From a virus (lineage: Duplodnaviria; Caudoviricetes): a stretch of DNA of 64,000 nt. Made by a program: the position numbers and the translations under genes. The notes beneath the pieces are model-generated. The model was not told the origin of the DNA and did not search any database. It saw nothing but the letters and a program-made list of their open reading frames with translations. Shown piece after piece: positions 27,229 through 35,710 of the stretch; the stretch's first letter is position 1; each line of letters starts with the position of its first letter. The DNA lies in IMG/VR virus record IMGVR_UViG_2693430034_000001, positions 32,001 to 96,000 of that record; one strand, 5' to 3'.

Positions 27229-27825
27229 ATGCCAAAACCGTTCGAATATTGTCGGCCGGTCGCCCAAAAGGCCGTACCCGCTGGACCCGACTGGATCCAC
27301 GAGGTCAAATACGACGGCTACCGCGGTCGCATCGTCCGCGAGGGTAAGGACGTGCGCCTGCTATCGAAGTCTGGCCTCGACTGGACCTGGCGTTTCCCCT
27401 GGATCGTCGAGACGGCGCACAAGATCCGCACGAGCCGCTTTGCGATCGACGGCGAGATCGTCGTGCTCGATGTGCAGGGAATCTCCAACTTCGACGCGCT
27501 CCACTCAGGCCGGCACAACGAGGAGGCCCAGCTCTACGCCTTCGACCTCGTGGCGCTGGACGGCGATGACCTCCGCGACCTGCCGCTGTTCGAGCGCAAG
27601 GACCGGCTCGGCAAGCTGCTCCGCGGCCGGCCCGAAGGCATCTTCGTGGCGCCGTTCGAGCAGGGCGAGATCGGCCCCAGCCTGTTCGAGGCGGCATGCC
27701 GCATGGAACTCGAGGGCTTGGTGTCCAAGCACCGTGATCGGCTCTATCGGCCCCGGACCTGCGACTGGGTGAAAGTGAAGAACCGGGCTCATCCGGCGTT
27801 CTTGCGAGTGATGGACTCATTTTGA
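27229..27825 (+). CDS. ATP-dependent DNA ligase, adenylation domain only (no OB-fold)
   Basis: Motif I HEVKYDGYR, IDGEIV, YAFDL, EGLVSK, WVKVK. Confidence 0.9.
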   Translation: MPKPFEYCRPVAQKAVPAGPDWIHEVKYDGYRGRIVREGKDVRLLSKSGLDWTWRFPWIVETAHKIRTSRFAIDGEIVVLDVQGISNFDALHSGRHNEEAQLYAFDLVALDGDDLRDLPLFERKDRLGKLLRGRPEGIFVAPFEQGEIGPSLFEAACRMELEGLVSKHRDRLYRPRTCDWVKVKNRAHPAFLRVMDSF

Positions 27826-27860
27826 AAAGTGGAGGTAGGCGACGACGAGAGCGGCGACGA

Positions 27861-28424
27861 TCATGTCGACCCCGACCGCTTCTGCTCCTCGACGGCTTTC
27901 TCGCACATCGTCTTGAACTGCTGGAACGTGTTGAGCAGATGGCGACCGCGCTTCATGAACTTCTCGAACCGCCAGTAGTCGAAGGATTCGGCGGTCACGA
28001 AGTCGTCGCTCTCCAGCATCTTCGAATGCCACAGCACCATCGGTATGCCCTCGGGCGGCGTCGCCGTCTCGCCGGGCATGTCGCCGCCGAAGCGGACGGA
28101 CCACGTCCCGTGGGCGATCAGGTTGCGCTCCTGACGGAGTTCGGCGAGCGCGTCCCACATTGCCGACACGTCGAGCTTCATGTGGTCCTCGACGATGGAG
28201 CGGATGAACTTGATGTTTTCGTGCGCGTGTTCCTTCGCGATCTGCTTCTTCCGCTTCAGGTCGGGCTGTTCGAGAGCCCATACGCTTTCAATCAGCATGC
28301 AATCGATGTGCGAGAAGACGGTCACCGCATCTGCGATGGCGATCTTGAGGCGGTCCGGCAGCGTGAACGACCACGTCATGCCGGGGACGGCGATGCTGGT
28401 CGGCGGCGGTTTCTGTTTGGACAT
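27861..28424 (-). CDS. Helical protein with RxxxxH (HEPN-like) motif
   Basis: RNLIAHGTW. Confidence 0.55.
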   Translation of the reverse strand: MSKQKPPPTSIAVPGMTWSFTLPDRLKIAIADAVTVFSHIDCMLIESVWALEQPDLKRKKQIAKEHAHENIKFIRSIVEDHMKLDVSAMWDALAELRQERNLIAHGTWSVRFGGDMPGETATPPEGIPMVLWHSKMLESDDFVTAESFDYWRFEKFMKRGRHLLNTFQQFKTMCEKAVEEQKRSGST

Positions 28425-28930
28425 CAGGGCCTCTCGAAGATCGGAATGGCGTATATCGCCTTCTCGATTTCGAACCGCAGCCTGGCGCAGCGGTCGGCCT
28501 GCGCGTCGAGGTCGCCTGGCCGGTCGAAGTGGACCTCGCTCTTCATCGAATTCCGCGACGTATGGATCGCGCGGTCATGGCCGGATCCGACGACCCAGAG
28601 TCCGTGCACTACGCGGATGCGAACCGCGTTGACGTCGTGGCATTCGGCGATCAGATTCTTGAGCGCCGGGTCCGGCTTGCCGCCTTTTTCCTTGGCGGAC
28701 AGCGCCAGCAGAGCCGAGCACAGCTTGGCGAAGTCGAGTCCGGAGGTCACGATGTCGAAGTATTCGTCGCCGATGCGGGCCATCTCGGCGACGTGGTGCC
28801 GCAGAGTGTACTCCAGCTGCGAGAACTGGAAGATGAAGCGTCCGATCTCGCGATAAATGGTGTCGGTAGGCCCGGGACCGCCGAAGGTTATGCCTGTGAC
28901 GACGTTCTCGGTCACCGGAACGGATTCCAA
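28424..28930 (-). CDS. Helical protein with RxxxxH (HEPN-like) motif
   Basis: IGRFIFQFSQLE...RIRVVHGLW. Confidence 0.55.
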   Translation of the reverse strand: MESVPVTENVVTGITFGGPGPTDTIYREIGRFIFQFSQLEYTLRHHVAEMARIGDEYFDIVTSGLDFAKLCSALLALSAKEKGGKPDPALKNLIAECHDVNAVRIRVVHGLWVVGSGHDRAIHTSRNSMKSEVHFDRPGDLDAQADRCARLRFEIEKAIYAIPIFERP

Positions 28931-29098
28931 AGTTCGACGTGGAACGCATACCGGAAGATGATGACCACGACGCCGTACATCAGCGTCAGGCAGAACAGCC
29001 CGGCGGCGGCCTGCACCAGGCCGACGAAGCCCAGGAACGCGACCGCGCGGCCTACCTTTAATTCGTCCTTCGGCTTGTCTATCTCGGTCACGGCCGCC

Positions 29099-29347
29099 TC
29101 AATTGCAGTTCGTGTAGATCGTGTTGCCGTTCACGTTGCTGATGCAGTTGTGCGGCTGGGCGACCGGCGCAGGCGCGGGTACCGGCATGTAGTACGGCTG
29201 CGGCGGCGGTGGCCGGTTAGCCTGCTGCGCCAGCAGATACTGGGCGGCGAACGCCCGCTGCTCCGGCGTCATCGGCTCCGAGGCGCACCCGGCCAGGCAG
29301 CCGGCGGCGACGGCGATCGCAATCCATTTTCCCCAGAAACGGCCCAT
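29099..29347 (-). CDS. Small lipoprotein
   Basis: Lipobox LAGC; C-terminal CISNVNGNTIYTNC. Confidence 0.65.
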   Translation of the reverse strand: MGRFWGKWIAIAVAAGCLAGCASEPMTPEQRAFAAQYLLAQQANRPPPPQPYYMPVPAPAPVAQPHNCISNVNGNTIYTNCN

Positions 29348-29408
29348 TACTCTCCCCCAAGTTGCGGCCTATAATGGACGGGTCCAGGGCGGGAATCGAG
29401 GGGGATCA

Positions 29409-29930
29409 GTGAAAATAATCGGTATTTCAGCGGCGATGGCGGTCGCTTGGGCCGCGACCGCTCAGGCGAATGCCTTCGACGACTGCGTCCTGAAAAACAT
29501 GCAAGGCGCGACGTCCGACGTGGCGGCCAAGTCGATCAAAGTGGCCTGCATCCGCAAGTCCTCGGTCACGCTCACCGACGACGATCTGAAGGGGCTGAAG
29601 GTCTCGAACGGCTTTTACGGCACGTTCGGCATGATGCGGACGCCGGGCTTCACCGCCGAGGTCAAGAACAACACCGGCTTCATCGTCACCGAGATCACGT
29701 TCGCCATCACGATCGGTGACGGCCCCGCCGAGATGTACCGGGTGGACAACTTCAACTACCAGGAGCCCGGCGTGATCTACACGGGTCCGGCGCCGGACCC
29801 GACGTTCGACATGCGCATCGATCCTCTCAAGAGCAAGAAATTCCAGTTCGAGATGGACCGGCGGGAGATCGAGAAGAAGAAGAAGTGGGGCTGGTCGCTC
29901 GTCGGCGCCAAGGGGATCGTCAGCCAATGA
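29409..29930 (+). CDS. Secreted protein
   Basis: Signal peptide, then FDDCVLKNMQG...AAKSIKVAC. Confidence 0.65.
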   Translation: MKIIGISAAMAVAWAATAQANAFDDCVLKNMQGATSDVAAKSIKVACIRKSSVTLTDDDLKGLKVSNGFYGTFGMMRTPGFTAEVKNNTGFIVTEITFAITIGDGPAEMYRVDNFNYQEPGVIYTGPAPDPTFDMRIDPLKSKKFQFEMDRREIEKKKKWGWSLVGAKGIVSQ

Positions 29931-29961
29931 GCGGCGGCTTCAGGATGGCCTCGGCAGCCGA

Positions 29962-30129
29962 CAGGGCGAGATCGGCCCCGACCTCTTCGACGCGGCATGC
30001 CGCATGGGGCTCGAGGGTTTGGTCTCGAAGCACAGAGAGCGCCCCTACCAGGGCGGCCGGTGCGACCACTGGGTCAAGGTGAAGAACCGGCAGCACCCGG
30101 CCTACTCTCGCGTCGCCGACCAGTTCTGA
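29962..30129 (+). pseudogene. 3' fragment of an ATP-dependent ligase (second copy)
   Basis: Translates QGEIGPDLFDAACRMGLEGLVSKH...WVKVKNRQHPAYSRVADQF*, homologous to the end of 27229-27825. Confidence 0.8.
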
Positions 30130-30145
30130 ACTCGGAAGCGGGAGT

Positions 30146-30598
30146 TCAGAAGGGGCTCGTTATGCCCTTGCATCCGTGAGCGTAGATGTATTGCCACGCA
30201 CGAATAATACGAGCGTGGTCAGGAGACTCCACCATCAGTTCGTAATCGGTGATCGGTTGCGCAACGCCCTGATATACCTCTTCCATCACCTTCGACTTAC
30301 CGTGGATACCGACACGGGAGTAGTTGCCCATCTGCCGGGTGAAGGGCTGAAACGTGATGCTGTTGGTCACGATGTTATTCAGGAAGTAAGTGCGGGCTCC
30401 CATGCGGAAGACGCAGTTTTTCTTGTCCACCACATCTACCGTGCTCCCATCGCGCCCCGTAATTGCGAAGCTCACGGCCTGGATCATGTCATCGGCATGC
30501 GCCGAAGATGCCGACACCGCTCCAAGCAACACAGAAACCATAAGATATTTGATCACGGCAGCCATGGGATATCCTCGGTGAAGGCTCTGTGCCTGCAT
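30146..30598 (-). CDS. Secreted protein
   Basis: Signal-peptide-like N-terminus from MAAVIKYL. Confidence 0.6.
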   Translation of the reverse strand: MQAQSLHRGYPMAAVIKYLMVSVLLGAVSASSAHADDMIQAVSFAITGRDGSTVDVVDKKNCVFRMGARTYFLNNIVTNSITFQPFTRQMGNYSRVGIHGKSKVMEEVYQGVAQPITDYELMVESPDHARIIRAWQYIYAHGCKGITSPF

Positions 30599-30610
30599 GG
30601 CACGCGGTCG

Positions 30611-30895
30611 TTAGTACAGGTCGTCGCTGCGAAGCTCATCCGGCTCTACCCTGTCGGGAAAATGTAGCCGATAGGCCTCCCGCCGATTTACGAACCTGTT
30701 GGTTGACGTGACGAACCCATGGTCGTCACCATATGGTTGTTCGCCCTGATACCCCTCCATCGCTTGAAGAGCACGGATAGCATCACTGTGCCGGTGGCCT
30801 CTGATGACCTTTCCATTGGAGGCACGAACAGCAGCGCAGATAATTATTTCGGGCGTGGACTCGTCCATGGCCACATTCAATACAGATGCTGTCAT
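30611..30895 (-). CDS. Conserved phage-type hypothetical protein
   Basis: IICAAVR...GHRH...GFVTSTNRFVNRREA...LRSDDLY. Confidence 0.7.
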   Translation of the reverse strand: MTASVLNVAMDESTPEIIICAAVRASNGKVIRGHRHSDAIRALQAMEGYQGEQPYGDDHGFVTSTNRFVNRREAYRLHFPDRVEPDELRSDDLY

Positions 30896-30970
30896 GCTCC
30901 CTCCGCCGGCACCGTCTATCTACGGATTGCCGGATAGTTTCAAGGACCTTTAGTTTGCCGCCAACGCAAG

Positions 30971-31053
30971 GCTTGGAGGTACCGGCCGCGGACCTGCGAG
31001 TGGATCAAGGTGAAGAACCGGCAGCCTTCAGCCGCGTCGCCGATCAGTTCTGA
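30971..31053 (+). pseudogene. 3' fragment of an ATP-dependent ligase (third copy, frameshifted)
   Basis: YRPRTCEWIKVKNRQ/AFSRVADQF*. Confidence 0.75.
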
Positions 31054-31163
31054 AGTCGTCGAGCCGGCCGTGCCGCCGCGCATCGCCCAAGTTCTCGGCC
31101 GGTCCTCCCCGAAGGGGACTATAGGGGTTGGTTCTAAGGTGGTGGTTCTAAGTAGTGGTTAAA

Positions 31164-31232
31164 GGTGTCACTTAGGATGACACCCCCCTGTCATCCTGGA
31201 TGACACCCCCTGTCAGTTAGGATGACACCCCC
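31164..31232. repeat. Three tandem iteron-like palindromes TGTCA-N-GGATGACACCCCC
   Basis: TGTCACTTAGGATGACACCCCCC, TGTCATCCTGGATGACACCCCC, TGTCAGTTAGGATGACACCCCC. Confidence 0.8.
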
Positions 31233-31347
31233 ACGGTGCGGAGATTAGGCGGCCTATTCTCCGCATCACGGCCGGCGGAACTGGATCCTCTTGAGCGCTT
31301 AGCGCTCGCCGGCCATTGGGTCTAGGCTCTGACGCCGAGGGTGCAAC

Positions 31348-31536
31348 ATGAACGATGAAGCCGCAAAGGCTGCTCGCCTTATGAAGGTCGTCGAGGTGAT
31401 GGTCGCCGAGCTGCAGCGCCAGGGCGTCGCCGAGGCACTGGCGGATCTTGGTTTCGACCCGACGCCTTTGGCCGAGTCGGTCATCAAGGCAGCGGACGGC
31501 GATGTGATCGACCTCAGCAGCCGCCGGGACCGATGA
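31348..31536 (+). CDS. Hypothetical protein
   Basis: ORF between repeats 1 and 2. Confidence 0.6.
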   Translation: MNDEAAKAARLMKVVEVMVAELQRQGVAEALADLGFDPTPLAESVIKAADGDVIDLSSRRDR

Positions 31537-31621
31537 TGACTGAGCGCGGAGCGCTCGCCGGCCATGCTCGCTGCAATTCCAAAATCTTGCCTTCCGTTTG
31601 CATTCGTGCTAGGCAGGCCAG

Positions 31622-32005
31622 ATGCAAACAGACTGGTTGAGATGGGGCGTCGAGACGGTCCTCAAGACGTTTCGCGACTCCGAGGCCGCCGGGTATCGCT
31701 CGCGCGATCGGCAGTATGCCATCGAGATCCTCGCCAAGGCCGAGGAGCAGGCTGGCGCCCCGGGCGCGCTGCAGGGCCGCGACGACACCCTGCGAGGGCT
31801 TGCGGCATTCTTCAGCGAGTCGCCGCATACGGTCTGGTCGAACGACGAGATTGCCGACTGCCTGACCAGCATGATCACCCCGCCCGCGGACGAACCGGTC
31901 AAGGTCACGCCGAGCTGCGGCTGCATCTTCTGCGACTTGGACCTGGAGGCCGTCGATGGCATTCACGACGGACCGGCCGGCGAGAGAATTGAATGTAGCG
32001 CGTAG
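31622..32005 (+). CDS. Hypothetical protein
   Basis: ORF between repeats 2 and 3; its TAG lies inside repeat 3. Confidence 0.55.
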   Translation: MQTDWLRWGVETVLKTFRDSEAAGYRSRDRQYAIEILAKAEEQAGAPGALQGRDDTLRGLAAFFSESPHTVWSNDEIADCLTSMITPPADEPVKVTPSCGCIFCDLDLEAVDGIHDGPAGERIECSA

Positions 32006-32210
32006 CGCTCGCTACCGGCGGCGGCATCGAGGGGGGCGGTCGGCAGACCGGCGGTCGTAATAGCGGACCGTGACAGGGGCACTCGCTTTCGAACCCTGCC
32101 TCCCTCCATGCTGCCGTGATCTTGAAAGAAGCGCGTAGCGCTCGCTACCTACGGTTATGGTCGACAACTTGTTCGCCGCGTTGTATCTAATCTAAAACTG
32201 GGGGTGAACG

Positions 32211-32708
32211 ATGAGACGATCCGGAGTTGCGATTATTGCTTGCCTGATGCTGATCCATCCGGCCGCCGCGCAACAGGCGACCAAGTTCAAAGGGTTCTTC
32301 ATCGGCATGAGCAAGAAGGATGCGATCAGCCTCATGCCCCAAGGCTATCGCCTGAAGCAGGGACCGGCAGCCATCGGATTCGTTCCTCCAAACGCCATGA
32401 TGGATCTGGCAAGCGCGATGTTCGACCTGGATCCGGACGGCACGGTAACGCAGATCTATCTGAACAAGAGCATCTTTGGTGCTGAAGAGATGCCGGGCGA
32501 CCAGTTCATGAAGGCCATCGTCTCGAACTATGGGGTGGGAGAAGTGTCGTGCGAGACGAAGCACACCGAGTACGAGCGGCTCAACGGTGTGCCCAAATAC
32601 ATCACCTCAACCGAATGCACCGGCTATTCCAAGAACGGTGAGCTGGTCCAGCTGACCGAGTCCAGGATCAAGGTAACGAAGCCGCGTCAGAAGCCTTCGT
32701 TCAATTGA
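32211..32708 (+). CDS. Secreted protein
   Basis: Signal peptide, FKGFFIGMS; lies between repeats 4 and 5. Confidence 0.65.
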   Translation: MRRSGVAIIACLMLIHPAAAQQATKFKGFFIGMSKKDAISLMPQGYRLKQGPAAIGFVPPNAMMDLASAMFDLDPDGTVTQIYLNKSIFGAEEMPGDQFMKAIVSNYGVGEVSCETKHTEYERLNGVPKYITSTECTGYSKNGELVQLTESRIKVTKPRQKPSFN

Positions 32709-32756
32709 GCCGGTCACGCGCGGCGCCGATCGATATCCTTCAGCGCGGAGCGCTCG

Positions 32757-32960
32757 CTACCCATGCCCGTCTCGGCGTTCCTCGTCGCGGCGCGCGAGCC
32801 AGGACAAGCTGTCCGCGAGGTCGTCCGCATCTTCTGCGCTGAGCCCGGTGAGGGTAACGGTGTCTTGGCACGCCACCAGGCCGGTCAGCACGTCGATGAC
32901 TGACCAGCCGAATGTGTCCCGGCGAATGGTATAGCGGGCGTACTTGGGCTTATGCGCCAT
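32757..32960 (-). CDS. Hypothetical protein
   Basis: Lies between repeats 5 and 6; stop at the edge of repeat 5. Confidence 0.6.
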   Translation of the reverse strand: MAHKPKYARYTIRRDTFGWSVIDVLTGLVACQDTVTLTGLSAEDADDLADSLSWLARRDEERRDGHG

Positions 32961-33343
32961 CGCGTCATTCTACACTAGCGCGGAGCGCTCGCCACACTCG
33001 GCCTCGACCTCATCCGGTAAATGGCCTTTTAGGCGCGGCGCCGCTCGGGATGACCTCCCGAATGGGGTGGGGTCTTTTCGAAGGCCACCCCCGTTTGCAT
33101 TTTCCAGGGCTTAGGAAGGCCATGGAGAGGCTTGCCGACCAGCCGGTACTGACCCAGCGGCCAGGGTGTTTTGGAGGGCCGCCCGTGCTCCGCTGCTCCT
33201 GGAGGGTGACATCCAGTGATGGTCCTAAGGGGTTGGCGGAAAAGGGCCTTTTAGGGGTTCGAAGTTTGGATGAGCTGGCCGACCCAGTACCCATGTCAAG
33301 AAAAAAAATATTCTCCCAAAATTGAAACTTTGAAATGATATTC

Positions 33344-33395
33344 TTTGCTCGAATGCAAATTTTCGTTTGCATTCCTCATTGGCTTTCGGCATATT
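33344..33395 (+). promoter_or_regulatory. Early sigma70-type promoter with upstream operator
   Basis: TTGCAT(33367-72)-17 bp-CATATT(33390-95), AT-rich upstream region, operator TTTGCTCGAATGCAAA at 33344-33359. Confidence 0.6.
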
Positions 33396-33399
33396 CAAT

Positions 33400-34260
33400 C
33401 CATCGAAACGACGTTGTTTCGGTCAAGTTGCAAAGCGGTCGGTTCCCTCTTGAACCTTCTGACTCTGCCCGGCGATGTGATGCCGAGTAGTTTGGACCTT
33501 TGAAACTTGCACATAGCAATTGCGGACCTTGTAGCGGTAGCAAGCAAATGCGTTCTAGGGCCTTGGGCCGATGCCGGACGGCGGAACGTGTAAGCAAGTG
33601 AGCGAAGGGGAAAAGCGGCGAACGTGTCATGTAGCAACCGGGCAACCGGCCAAGCCTTGATACCAAGCCAGCGGATTGCAGCCCTTCAATGGGCGGATGT
33701 GCAAGGGGATAGGTTACAGGCTTTCACCTAGACGGTTGACGAAACCGGAAAATAGCATCGGAGAGTCCTATTCAGTTAGGTATACCGTTGCCTGCTAGAT
33801 CGGAAATTATGCATTCGACCCTGTACGGAGTCGCGTGGCATTCCTTAAACTGCTTTGACCGGCTGGTTTAGGGAACGTTCACGCAATAGACTTTCCAGAC
33901 GCTAACACGCGCGGGTTACCCTAGCGGTAACCTTGTGGCCTCCGAATGCATGGTTCAACCGGCTATCGTTTCCCGCTCTATTCGGCAATGGCATGCTTTG
34001 AGCGGTGCGATAGCGGCGGACAAACCAAGCCAGACAATAGCGCAATGATATAGGCGGAACGGCGGAACGCGGGCGATTTATCGCGGCGTTTTCTGTTTCG
34101 TCCGGACCATTGCGAACTAGGCCCGGCAAAGTCCCGTCTTAGCAAAATTTCAACGTCAAACACCAAGCGACTCCGAGTGCATTTCAACGTGCGCTCGGAG
34201 TCTGCCTGCTATCCGGCAAGCGCATTCGACTTGCCCTTACCCGATAGCAGCACAGCATGA
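33400..34260 (+). ncRNA. Candidate ~860-nt structured early leader/ncRNA
   Basis: No credible ORF between the promoter and the first early gene; many long hairpins and multi-branch helices. Confidence 0.45.
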
Positions 34261-34297
34261 CTATCGATCACCCCCACTCCCAATGGAGACTCGAACT

Positions 34298-34903
34298 ATG
34301 TCTGTCACCAACACTGTCAAGACTACCGCTCCCGCCGTCATCAAGCTCATTGAAGGCGAGAAGGCGATTACCAAGGCCCTTGAGTCAATCAAGGCCCGCG
34401 GTGCATCGCTCCAGCGCGATATCCACACCGCGGCGTGCTCCGTGCTGTCGCATGTCGGCAAGCATAAGGACGTCCGGCTTGTGACCAAGCTGCTCGAGTC
34501 CATGCCTGACATGTCGCGCAAGAATGCGCTCAAGGCGTGGTTCGAACACCACGGCCCGGTCGCCTTCTCCGAGAAGGGCGAAATCAAGTATGCGCCCGAA
34601 AACCGGATGCTGCTCGGCAACGCTATGGCCAAGCCGTTCTGGGCCTTCAAGCCGGAGGCCGCCTATGTCCCGATGGACGTGTCCGCCAGCTTCGACTCCT
34701 TCATCAAAAAGCTGGAGAAGGATCACAAGGAAACCGGCCGCGACCATACCGCGCTGGTGTCCCAGCTCCTGAAGCTGCGCCCGGATACCGACGAAACCGC
34801 CAAGCGCGACAGCCAGAACGAAAAGGTCGCCAAGGCACCCAAGGCGCCCAAGGTCACCGCCCCGGCGCCCGTGGAAGCTCCGAAGGTCGCCGTCGCCGCC
34901 TAA
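34298..34903 (+). CDS. Conserved phage early protein
   Basis: SIKARGASLQRDIH...RKNALKAWFEHHG...AKPFW; strong SD and highly biased codons. Confidence 0.8.
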   Translation: MSVTNTVKTTAPAVIKLIEGEKAITKALESIKARGASLQRDIHTAACSVLSHVGKHKDVRLVTKLLESMPDMSRKNALKAWFEHHGPVAFSEKGEIKYAPENRMLLGNAMAKPFWAFKPEAAYVPMDVSASFDSFIKKLEKDHKETGRDHTALVSQLLKLRPDTDETAKRDSQNEKVAKAPKAPKVTAPAPVEAPKVAVAA

Positions 34904-34999
34904 CGGACGGTTTGCGCCCTCTCCCGATCGCAAGGTCGGGGGAGTGGCAAGCCGTACCCTTCAAACGAGACCGACTCTCCCAACGCCAGAGGTGCGCCC

Positions 35000-35419
35000 A
35001 TGCGTGTCTACCTGCAAACCCAGAATGCCCATGGCTCTTGGGTGACCCTGCTCGACGGGTCTGCCCTGTGTGCCCGCCCCGCCCGTGGTCTGCGCGGCAA
35101 GTCCCACCTGGCCAACCGTACCCCCAAGGCATCGGGTGGCAATCGCGTCGAGTATGAGCTGACCCTTGCCCTGTTCGACCACCTCGAAGCGTCGCCCGCG
35201 AACGCCCGGCTGATTGATTGCGACACCAGCCGCGTCGTCGCCAGCAAGATGACCGTCGATCGCGACCGTCACCGCTTCAAGTATCCGGCCACGCCAGAGA
35301 TCCGCCGCGCGCCCCGTCCCGTGGTCCGTAAGTGCGACGTCGGCATCATGCCCCGCATCGCCAAGTGGAAGCGCACCGGCCATCTCCAGAGCTGGTACGC
35401 CGGCATCGTGATGCGCTGA
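35000..35419 (+). CDS. Hypothetical early protein
   Basis: GAGGTG SD. Confidence 0.6.
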   Translation: MRVYLQTQNAHGSWVTLLDGSALCARPARGLRGKSHLANRTPKASGGNRVEYELTLALFDHLEASPANARLIDCDTSRVVASKMTVDRDRHRFKYPATPEIRRAPRPVVRKCDVGIMPRIAKWKRTGHLQSWYAGIVMR

Positions 35420-35500
35420 TGTCCCGCTGCCCGATATCCCGTCGCGACTGGCTCGCCCTGATCGCGATCCTCGAACCAATCCCCTCAACCACCGCCCAAG

Positions 35501-35710
35501 GTGCGCCCCATGGTGACCATCCGAGAAGCCCGTCAGCGTCTGTTGGTGTCAGGCATGCGTCTGTCCCGCCGCGATGCCGAGTTCCGCGTGGCCTTCGCCG
35601 AGTTGCCGTACCCAAAGGCTGAGAAGTCCGCCTACTACACCGACGATATCGAGGACGCCATGCTTACCGGAGCCATGATGCGCCGGAAGTGTGTCCGGCC
35701 GCTTGCTTGA
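35501..35710 (+). CDS. Hypothetical early protein
   Basis: AYYTDDIEDAMLT motif. Confidence 0.6.
   Translation: MRPMVTIREARQRLLVSGMRLSRRDAEFRVAFAELPYPKAEKSAYYTDDIEDAMLTGAMMRRKCVRPLA

Larger units (their letters stand above)
31293..32995 (+). repeat. Six dispersed direct repeats AGCGC-(GGA/GTA/TTA)-GCGCTCGC bounding single genes
   Basis: Copies start at 31294, 31543, 31997, 32130, 32742 and 32977. Confidence 0.85.

Noticed and set aside
31293-32995. CRISPR array interpretation of the six repeats
   Set aside because: Repeats are about 16-20 bp with intervals of roughly 130-600 bp that contain whole genes; no cas genes
25900-33000. Host chromosome/prophage boundary
   Set aside because: Genes look host- or prophage-derived but are flanked on both sides by phage modules sharing the same operator; no integrase, att site or housekeeping genes seen
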